Below, piece by piece: positions 34,478 through 43,281 of a stretch of DNA of 43,281 nucleotides. Within the stretch, counting starts at the first letter, position 1, and each line of letters starts with the position of its first letter. The position numbers and the translations under genes were made by a program. The DNA is from Chiloscyllium plagiosum (Eukaryota): contig NC_057754.1 of the NCBI RefSeq assembly GCF_004010195.1, positions 11,429,362 through 11,472,642 of the forward strand. Direction: 5' to 3'. The notes beneath the pieces are model-generated. The model searched no databases and was not told the origin of the DNA. It was given only the letters and a program-made list of their open reading frames with translations.

Positions 34478-35232
34478 ATGAAAGCCAAAACACCATATGC
34501 TTTCTTAACAAGGAACTATGTTCTTTCATAACATTAAAATAATAAGCTTTAATCTGAAACTAATTTGAAAGGGAGAGGGTACAATCGGAAGTGACAATAT
34601 TTCAGTTGAATAAAGGGAACTATGGAGCTGTGAGGGAGGTGCTGGCCAAAGTTCATTGGTGCAATACCCTAGCAGGGATGGCAGTGGAGCAACAATGACA
34701 GGTTTTTCTGGGTATAATGCAGAAGATGAAGGATCAGTTCATTTCAAAAAGGAAGAAAGATCCTAAGAGGAGGCAGGGGTGGCCGTGGCTGACAAGGGAA
34801 GTTAAGAAACACAAAGTTAAAAGAGAAAAAGTATAACTTAGCAAAGATGAGTGGGAAAACGGAGGACTGGGAAGCTTTTAAAGAACAACAGAGGATAACT
34901 AAGAAGGAAATACGCAGAGAAAAAAATGAGGTATGAAGGTAAACTGGCCAAAAATATAAAGGAGGATAGTAAAAGCTTTTTTAGGTATGTGAAAGGAAAT
35001 AAAATGATTAAGACTAAAATTGGGCCCTTGAAGACGGAAACAGGGGAATATATTACAGGGAACAAAGAAATGGCAGAAGAATTGAATTGGTACTTCAGAT
35101 CTGTGTTCACTGGGGAAGACACAAGCAATCTCCCTGAGGTAACAGTGGCTGAAGGACCTGAACTTAAGGGAATTTATATTTGCCAGGAATTGGTGTCGGA
35201 GAGACTGTTAGGTCTGAAGGCTGATAAGTCCC

Positions 35233-35642
35233 NNNNNNNNNNNNNNNNNNNNNNNNNNNNNNNNNNNNNNNNNNNNNNNNNNNNNNNNNNNNNNNNNNNN
35301 NNNNNNNNNNNNNNNNNNNNNNNNNNNNNNNNNNNNNNNNNNNNNNNNNNNNNNNNNNNNNNNNNNNNNNNNNNNNNNNNNNNNNNNNNNNNNNNNNNNN
35401 NNNNNNNNNNNNNNNNNNNNNNNNNNNNNNNNNNNNNNNNNNNNNNNNNNNNNNNNNNNNNNNNNNNNNNNNNNNNNNNNNNNNNNNNNNNNNNNNNNNN
35501 NNNNNNNNNNNNNNNNNNNNNNNNNNNNNNNNNNNNNNNNNNNNNNNNNNNNNNNNNNNNNNNNNNNNNNNNNNNNNNNNNNNNNNNNNNNNNNNNNNNN
35601 NNNNNNNNNNNNNNNNNNNNNNNNNNNNNNNNNNNNNNNNNN
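35233..35642. other. Assembly gap (410 N)
   Basis: Read directly from the sequence. Confidence 1.
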
Positions 35643-36267
35643 GAAATCGTGGATGCGTTGGTGGTTATTTTCCAGAGTTCGATAGATTCAGGATCAGTTC
35701 CTGCGGATTGGAGGAGGGTGGCTAATGTTGTATCACTTTTTAAGAAAGGTGGGAGAGAGAAAGCAGAAAATTATAGTCCAGTTAGTCTGACCTCAGTGGT
35801 GGGAAAGATGCTGGAGTCTATTATAAAGGATGAAATTACGACACATCTGGATAGTAGTAACAGGATAGGTCAGAGTCAGCATGGAATTATGATGGGGAAA
35901 TCATGCTTGACTAATCTTCTGGAATTTTTTGAGGATGTAACTCTGAAGATGGACAAGGGAGATCCAGTGGATGTAGTGTACCTGGACTTTCAGAAAGCCT
36001 TTGATAAAGTCCCACATAAGAGGTTAGTGAGCAAAATTAGGGCGGATGGTATTGGGGGCAAAATACTGACTTGGATTGAAAATTTGTTGGCTGACAGGAA
36101 ACAAAGAGTAGTGATAAACGGCTTCCTTTCGGAATGGCAGGTGGTGACCAGTGGGGTACCGCAGGGATCAGTGCTGGGACCGCAGCTTTTTACAATATAC
36201 ATTAATGATATAGATGATGGTATTAAAAGTAATATTAGCAAATTTGCTGATGATACAAAGCTGGATG

Positions 36268-36377
36268 GCAGGGTGAAATGTGATTACAGGGTGACCTGGA
36301 CAGGATAGGTGAGTGGACAGATGCAGGGTGAAATGTGATTACAGGGTGACCTGGACAGGCTAGGTGAGTGGACAGAT
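36268..36377 (+). repeat. 55-bp tandem duplication inside CR1
   Basis: 36268-36322 and 36323-36377 differ at one base. Confidence 0.95.
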
Positions 36378-37480
36378 GCATAGCAGATGCAGTTTCATGT
36401 GGATAAATATGTGGTTATCCACTTTGGTGGCAAGAACAGGAAGACAGATTACTACCTAAATGGAGTCAAGTTAAGTAAAGGGGCAGTACAACGAGATCTA
36501 GGTGTCCTTGTACACCAGTCAATGAGAGCAAGCATGCAGGTACAGCAGGCAGTGAAGAAAGCTAATAGCATGTTGGCCTTCATAACAAGAGGAATTGAGT
36601 ATAGAAGCAAAGAGGTTCTTCTGCAGCTGTACAGTGCCCTGGTGAGACCGCACCTGGAATATTGAGTGCAGTTTTGGTCTCCAAATTTGAGGAAAGACAT
36701 TCTGGCTATTGAGGGAGTGCAGCGTAGGTTCACGAGGTCAATTCCCAGAGTGGCAGGACTATTTTACGTTGAAAGTTTGGAGCGACTGGGCTTGTATACA
36801 CGTGAGTTTAGAAGGCTGAGAGGGGACCTGATTGAGACGTACAAGATTATTAAAGGATTGGACACTCTGGAGGCAGGAAGCATGTTTCCACTGATGGGTG
36901 AGTCCCGAACCAGAGGACACAGTTTAAAAATAAGGGGTAGGCCATTTAGAATAGAGTTGAGGAGAAACTTCTTCACCCAGAGAGTGGTGGGTGTGTGGAA
37001 TGCTCTGCCCCAGAAGGCTGTGGAGGCCGAGTCTCTGGATACTTTCAAGAAAGAGTTGGATAGAGCTCTTAAGGATAGTGGAATCAAGGGTTATGGGGAT
37101 AAGGCAGGAACAGGATACTGATTGAGGATGATCAGCCATGATCATAATGAATGGTAGTGCTGGCTCGAAGGGCAGAATGGCCTACTCCTGCACCTATTGT
37201 CTATAAAACTGAACTGGTTCATAAATGTCCTTCAGGGAATGGAACCAATCAGTGTTTGCACAAAACTACAGAGAAAGAGGTGGGAGAGACAGATATGAAG
37301 GAAAGGAATTTTTTCGATCCACAACACAATCCTGTTCATGTTTTCTCCCCATACCCATCAATCCCTCTGAAGGTTAATAACAAGTGCAGAGTTCCTGGAA
37401 AGTGGAGCTTTATGTAGATCAGGTACTGAAGAAACTATTTGGCATGTTTACTAAATTGGTCAATGCTTTGATCAATAAAG

Positions 37481-37701
37481 GGACCCAGGGTCAATTCTGT
37501 TTGGAGTTTGCACATTCTCCCAGAGTCTGTGTGGGTTTTCTCCAAGTGCTCAGATTTCCTCCCATAGTCCAAAGACATGTCGGTTAGGTGGATTAGCCAC
37601 TGGAAATGCAGGGTTACAGGGATAGGGTGGGATGCTCTTCGGATGGTTGGTGTGGACCTGTGGGTCGAATGGCCTGCTTCCACACTGTCGGGACTCTATG
37701 A
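37481..37701 (+). mobile_element. HE1-like SINE, degenerate
   Basis: GGAGTTTGCACATTCTCCC..CCTCCCATAGTCCAAAGA shows reverse-complement homology to 22510-22826. Confidence 0.8.
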
Positions 37702-37706
37702 TTGGG

Positions 37707-39064
37707 GATTCTGTAATGTACATCGCTATGACTGAAAGTGCTTAAGCAAAATGGTGGAAGTCTGAAATAAAAACGAAGAGTGCTAGAGATACTCAGCAGG
37801 GTCTGAAACGATGAGAAATGCAACCATTGCAACCTTGAAGAAATGTTTAGATGATCATCCAAGGCACAACATAGGTTACACGCTGAGTGCTGGGAAATGG
37901 GACAGAGTAAGTAGGTGCTTAATGACCAATATGCATACAATTTTATATCAGACTGACCACATTTTGCTCAATGTTTCACTGTAACTCTCTCTTGTAGGAA
38001 GCAGGCAACAGTGGTAAGCAGTGAAGAATGCAAATGATACGTTGGGAGATCACAATGTGGCTGTAGAGGACATTGGTGAGGCCAATTTTAGAATACTGTA
38101 TTCAATTCCAGTCTCCCTGATTTCAGAAAGATGTTATCAGAGTAGGACTTATACACTTAATGGTAAGATCCTGGGGAGTGTTGCTGAACAAAGAGACCTT
38201 GAAGTGCAGGTTCATAGTTCCTTGAAAGTGGAGTCGCAGGTAGACAGAATAGTGAAGAAGGCACTAGTTGTTACTGGTTAGTGCATTGAGTATAGATGTT
38301 GGGAGGTCATGTTGTGATTGTATAGGACATTGGTTTGGCCACTTTTGGAATACTGCACTCCGTTCTGGTCTCCCTGCTTTAGAAAAGTTGTAGTAAAACT
38401 TGGAAAGGTTCAAAAAAGATTTATACAATGTTGACAGGGTTGGAGGTTTTGAACTATAAGTTGACGCTGAAGGCTGGGGCTATTTTCCCTGGAGCATCGG
38501 AGGTTGAGGGGTGACCTTAGACAGGTTTATAAAATCATGAGGAGCATGAGGATGGGGTAAATAGTCAAGATCTTTTTTGCATGGGAGTACAAAACTAGAG
38601 GGCATAGGTTTAAGGTAAGAGGGGAAAGACTGAACAGGGGGCTAAGGAGCAACTTTTTTTTAATGCAGAGGGTGGTGGACACATTGAATGAGCTGGCCGG
38701 GATGGATGAGTTGGACTGAAGGGTCCGATTCTGTACTGTACATCTCTATGACTGAAAGTGCTTAAGCAAAATGGAAGTCTGAAATAAGAACGAAGCGTGC
38801 TAGAGATACTCAGCAGGATCTGAAACGATGAGAAATGCAGGAAAATTGCAACCTTGAAGAAATGTTTAGACAATCATCCAACGCACAATATAGGTTACAC
38901 GCTGAGTGCTGGGAAATGGGACAGAGTAAGTAGGTGCTTAATGACCAACATGCATACAATTTTATATCAGACTGACCACATTTTGCTCAATGCTTCTCTG
39001 TGACTCTCTCTTTTAGGAAGCAGGCAGCAGTGGTAAGCATTGAAGAATGCAAAGAATATGTTGG
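37707..39064 (+). repeat. Local direct duplication of about 340 bp (37707-38045 and 38727-39064) with a CR1 3' fragment between the copies
   Basis: Long shared blocks, e.g. ATAGGTTACACGCTGAGTGCTGGGAAATGGGACAGAGTAAGTAGGTGCTTAATGACCAA. Confidence 0.92.
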
Positions 39065-39070
39065 CCTTCA

Positions 39071-39152
39071 GGGCCTGTGCCCGAAACGTCGAATCTCCTG
39101 TTCCCTGGATGCTGCCTGACCTGCTGTGCTGTTCCAGCAATAAAGTTTCAAC
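39071..39152 (+). mobile_element. 82-bp mini Penelope-tail insertion
   Basis: Exact 37-bp duplication at 39034-39070 and 39153-39189. The insert is identical by eye to the reverse complement of 6044-6125. Confidence 0.92.
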
Positions 39153-39419
39153 TAAGCATTGAAGAATGCAAAGAATATGTTGGCCTTCATTGTTACAGGA
39201 TTTGAGTACAGGAGCAGGAATATCTTTCTGGTAGGGCTTTGGTGAGACCACACCTGGAGAACTGTGTGTACGTTTGTTCTCCCTTCCTTGCCTATTGAGA
39301 GAGAGTAAAGAAGGATCACCAAACTGTTGCCTGGGAAGTCAGGACTGACGTATTAAGACAGACCCAATTCTTGTTTAATGCTCCTTTCTTTTGTTCTTCT
39401 GAGCCACTGACTGCATCAC

Positions 39420-40385
39420 TAACTAATATCCTACCTCCCAGTCCCTAATCTGAATCTGACCCATCTAAGCCTACACTTTGGTTCTCATCCCCCTGCCAGA
39501 CTAGTTTAAAACCTCACCAACGGAACTGGCAAAATCCCCATGGGGAGATTTCTCCCAGTTTTGCTCAGGGGCTTATACAGGTCCCATCTAACCCAGGTCC
39601 CAATGCCTGAAATATCTAAACCCTTCTCTCGTACACCATTTCTCCAGCCACACATTCAGCTGATCTATTCCCTTATTCCCGCTGTCACTTGCAAGTATGA
39701 CATTATTACATTTGAGGAGCTACGTTTTAATATATCGCCTATATTCCTCTATTCAGCTTTCAGGCCCTCATCCCTTTGTTTAATGATGTTTTTGGTACCC
39801 ACGTATTCCACAATCACTGGATGTTTACCCTCCAGTTCCAGAATGTCCTGCAGCTGCTCCATGATATTGCTGATGCTAGCACCAGGAAGGTAACATATCA
39901 TCCCGGATTCATGTCTGCGGCCACAGAAGTGCCTATGTGTACCCCGCTATTGATTACCCCGTCATTAATGCCCTGCCACTCTTTTTCTTCCTATCGGTGG
40001 TACCATGAACTTGGCTGTTCTGATTTCCCCTGAGAGGCCATTCCACCTGCATCCCCAACAGAATCCAAAGTCTGAGAACCGAATCTGTTCTAGAAGGGGA
40101 TGACCATCAGGGATTCCTTCCTTACCCTTTTAATTTACCTGATAGTCATCCTTTCTGCTTGTGTAATCCTCACCTGGTGTGACCAACTCGCTAAATGTGC
40201 TGTCCACAACACTCTCAGTCTCGCAGATGCTCCACCTTGAGTCCACCCTCAGCTCCAGCTATGAAAAGCAGTTACCCAGTAGCTGCAGATGGACACACTT
40301 CATGCACACATAGCCATCAAGGACACTGGAAGTGTCCCTTATTTCCCAAGAAGAGCGCACTAAAGGTCTGAAATCGCCTGTCATG
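39420..40385 (-). mobile_element. Degenerate CR1 ORF1 (esterase) fragment
   Basis: Collinear similarity to 33220-34150 (CTAGTTTAAA.., CTAGCACCAGGAAGGTAACAT..). Confidence 0.7.
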
Positions 40386-40667
40386 ACTTCTCTCTAGATT
40401 CAGCTATTTTCTTTTATTAAGAGAATTGAAATGATCTTCCCTCATTTCAAATATTTCTCATCAAAAAAGTCTCTACCTTTACTTAATCAGATATATTTTC
40501 CTTTCAAAATTGTAGAAAACTCTCTGCAGGTATTACTTATAAATTTGTTGTTCCCATTGGAACTATGTGACTTTCTGAGACTGAGCACCACACTCAATCT
40601 TTCAGCTTTACCTTCTTGCTGTTGCACCTCACTAACCGATTCGCCCAATTCCAAATCAGCAATCACA

Positions 40668-40822
40668 GCGCAGCCTTGTCATTTTAGTTGTCTGCTCACA
40701 CCCACACTGACCTCAGCCTCCCGTACTGTTCCGATGCAGCTCAACGAGAGCTCAGGGAACAGCATCTCACCTTTCAATTCAGCCCTTTATCACCCCAGAC
40801 TCAAGATGGACTTCAGCAGTTT
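40668..40822 (+). mobile_element. Old Penelope endonuclease C-terminal fragment
   Basis: CHFS..HTHTDLS..QRELREQHLTFQ resembles the GIY-YIG C-terminus of the other copies. Confidence 0.5.
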
Positions 40823-41094
40823 CTGGATGAACAGAGTTATCAGGATCTGGAATATCCCACCACAGTGGGTGCTGGAATTGGAGTCCATACAGCATCTTAA
40901 AATGATATTTGCGGGTAATTGAGAATGATGAATTTATCGGTTTAATCGGGAAGTGGGTGATTCGGATGAAATATGACAGTGCCTTCAAAGCGATGAGGTA
41001 TATTTTGGATAAATCCGTGCTCCCTCGCAAGCCACTACCTCCTTCCTCAGGTGGTGGGCCCAGAACTGAGCACATCCCCCAAGGGTAATCTAAC

Positions 41095-41335
41095 CTCGAA
41101 TTTGAACATCTTGCTGCTTTTTGGTTTACAAAGATATTGGAAATATTTTCCCACAGGTACAACAGACAAACCTTTTTCCTTCCACAGTTAAATGCCAATG
41201 ATCCATATTCAGCTCCTGATAACTCTGTTGGCTGTCAGAACAAGTTCTGACCTGGTTTCAAACATTCTCAATTAATATCTTGTAAAACGAGTTCACAAAA
41301 TCAAAATCACTGTCAGTTCAGGGTAGAAATCCAGC
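41095..41335 (-). pseudogene. Zinc-finger gene relic: acceptor region and one degenerate finger
   Basis: The minus strand has ..GTGAACTCGTTTTACAAG|ATATT.. followed by EGKRFVCCTCGKIFPISL*. Confidence 0.55.
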
Positions 41336-41399
41336 AGTGGCCAACATTTCTCTGGGTTTCAGCTTGCTGTGTAAATGGTCCACGTCAAATTGTCCTGCC

Positions 41400-41825
41400 T
41401 CCACCCAGGAAAAAGCATGCGCATCGCTAACCCTGGCCCTCAACAAAGATGGTGGCGATAACCCAGGACCTATCACCGCCTGAGGCCTGCAGCCATTTTC
41501 CCATTTGCTGCAAACGCGGGACCAAGATTTTCTAATTCAGGTCTAGCGGCCTACAACAGGTGATCATAAAATCTCCCAGTCCACACTGACTCTATTTCAC
41601 TTCCAGTCTCCACCGTTTCTCCCACCTATCCTGTCTCCCCCTCCCGCATTCATTCCAGGCTCCAGTCACGGCAATGCAATGGTGCAGGGTTCTGTTGGCT
41701 CTACCCCTCATTCACTCCCATTGGTTGAAGGACCAGTGCACCCACGTCTGCCAGACCCGCCCACTCTCCTTCTATTGGTCTAGACCTGCCGTCAATCAGG
41801 CGGGCCCCATTGAGGTTAGTGGTGG
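41400..41825. promoter_or_regulatory. Promoter-like region
   Basis: ATTGG at 41720 and 41774, GC box CCCGCCC at about 41756, NRF1-like GCATGCGCAT at 41415, YY1-like AAGATGGTGGCG at 41446 and GCCATTTT at about 41492. CpG content is raised. Confidence 0.5.
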
Positions 41826-41904
41826 GATCCTTCCACTCGCTGCCCTGGGATGAGCTCATCATTCACAGTAAATGGAGTAGTCACACAGAGCAGAGAGCAC
41901 GCAA

Positions 41905-42437
41905 CGCTCAACTCATCGATTGCCAGTTCTGATGTGCCACAGCAAAAAACCGCAATTCCCTCCTCAGAAGACAGACACAAGACATGATTGATAGAGTACC
42001 CTTCATCGCCCAATACTTCCCCAGGAGTGGAGAAATTAACTCATGTTCTTTGCAGCCTTCAACATATTGTCAATGACGATAAAGATCTTGTGTATACTTC
42101 CACTTCTCGCCTTCAAACAATCACCAAAACTTAAACAGACCATCATTTGCAGCAAACTATCCAGCCTTCAGGACCACAACACCACATAACCCTGCTATGG
42201 CAACTTCTGCAAGATGTACCACACCATCAACATGGCTACTACTATCATAATGCACCATGAATGTGGTAGGTACTCATGTGACTCAGCCAACATTATCTAT
42301 CTCATACACTGCAGGCAAGGTCGCCCCAAGGCATGGTACACTGGTGAGAATATGCAGACACTACATCAACGGATGAATGGACACCGCACAACAATCACCA
42401 GGCAGGAATGTTCCCTTCCAGTTAGGGAAGACTTCAT
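41905..42437 (+). mobile_element. Penelope-like endonuclease fragment (third family)
   Basis: YSCDSANIIYLIHCRQGRPKAWYTGENMQTLHQRMNGHR. Confidence 0.8.
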
Positions 42438-42619
42438 TATTGTAGGGGACAGTGGACAGCAGGGGGCATGCGCAGTAATCCTGTGCCAAGAGACACAATA
42501 AATGAGATTTATTGCCACATGTACTCACTTAACAGAGTACAGTGAAAGGTTTATAATGTCACCCCTACATGGTGCCATCTTAGATACAAGGTACCGAGGT
42601 ACAAATCTTGGCTACATGG

Positions 42620-42790
42620 ATGTGGATGTCAGTTTGCTCACTGAGCTGGAAGGTTCAGTTTTGGACATTTCGCCACCATACTAGGTAACATCATTAGTGA
42701 ATCTCCAGTGAAGCACTGCTGATATGGCCTGTTTTTTATTTATGTGTTTAGGCTTCCTTGGGTTAGTGATGTCATTTCCTGTGTTTCTCA
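42620..42790 (-). mobile_element. Penelope-type tail with degenerate hammerhead-like motif
   Basis: The minus strand reads CTAATGA-T-GTTACC-TAGTAT-GGTGGC-GAAAT-GTC at about 42664-42697. Confidence 0.55.
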
Positions 42791-42952
42791 AAACTGAGGT
42801 ACAAATTGTCGACACAAAGTAGAGAGATAAAAAGTTACATTACCTTTCAGATATTCATTGCATAGGTTAGAAAAATAAGAACTAAATTTAAAAAGATAAA
42901 CATTATGGTCTTTCTGTAAATGACATGTAGTCGATCGTGCAGCGGGCTTACA

Positions 42953-43281
42953 CACACTGTCCCCTCTCACCCCTCCGGGCCCCCAACCCACTGACCATCC
43001 CACTCCCCTCTGGGACCCAGCCCACTGACCGTCCCCTCTCTCCCCTCAAGGACCCCAGCTCACTGACCGTCCCCTCTCTTCCCTCAGGGTCCCCAGCCCA
43101 ATGACCGTTCCCTCTCTCCCCTTGGGGCCCCCAGCCCACTGACCGTCCCCTCTCTTCCCTCGCGGCCCCCAGCCAACTGACCGTCCCCTCTCTCCCCTCG
43201 GGGCCCCCAGCCCACTGTCCGTCCCCTCTCTCCCCTCGGGGCCCCCAGCCCACTTTCCGTCCCCTTTCCCCCCTCCGGCCC
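42953..43281. repeat. C-rich minisatellite, about 38-bp unit, about 9 copies, running off the window
   Basis: Consensus CCACTGACCGTCCCCTCTCTCCCCTCGGGGCCCCCAGC. Confidence 0.95.

Larger units (their letters stand above)
34512..37205 (+). mobile_element. CR1 LINE ORF2 (RT) through 3' UTR, spanning an assembly gap
   Basis: [32 protein letters not shown] and RRNFFTQRVVGVWNALP. Confidence 0.93.

Noticed and set aside
34926..36308. 460-aa ORF
   Set aside because: Its length is an artefact of translating through 410 Ns. It is decayed CR1 ORF2, not a gene.
37707..39064. Direct repeats as LTRs of a TRIM-like element
   Set aside because: There are no TG..CA termini, PBS, PPT or TSD, and the interior is a CR1 fragment.
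42948..43253. 101-aa Gly/Arg-rich ORF
   Set aside because: It is a translation of the minisatellite.
42953..43281. CRISPR-like array
   Set aside because: It is a tandem repeat without unique spacers, in a vertebrate context with no cas genes.

Overview
Eukaryotic, repeat-dense genomic DNA, most likely from a cartilaginous fish (shark). This is inferred from HE1-type tRNA-derived SINEs and the CR1 and Penelope families present. There is one convincing intact protein-coding gene: a KRAB-less C2H2 zinc-finger gene on the minus strand (CDS 20123-20992, probable non-coding first exon and CpG-island promoter near 24.85-25.2 kb). It sits among at least four decayed zinc-finger relics. The rest is largely nested mobile DNA: (i) a fragmented epsilon-like endogenous retrovirus (gag, protease, putative 2H-phosphoesterase domain, deleted RT, RNase H, integrase); (ii) two back-to-back Gmr1-type Gypsy elements (integrase before RT) with one LTR; (iii) many CR1 LINEs, one near full length with an SGNH-esterase ORF1, plus Rex1 and L2 fragments; (iv) SINEs, a Tigger-like MITE and a tRNA-Glu pseudogene; (v) Penelope-like (Neptune-type GIY-YIG) elements. 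The most striking pattern is a set of minimal hammerhead-ribozyme-like motifs in the Penelope 3' ends. Four tiny (82-163 bp) insertions consist almost only of that ribozyme-bearing tail and are flanked by long exact target-site duplications (15, 15, 18 and 37 bp). There is one 410-N assembly gap and a terminal 38-bp minisatellite. All calls come from manual reading and translation, and boundaries of old repeats are approximate.
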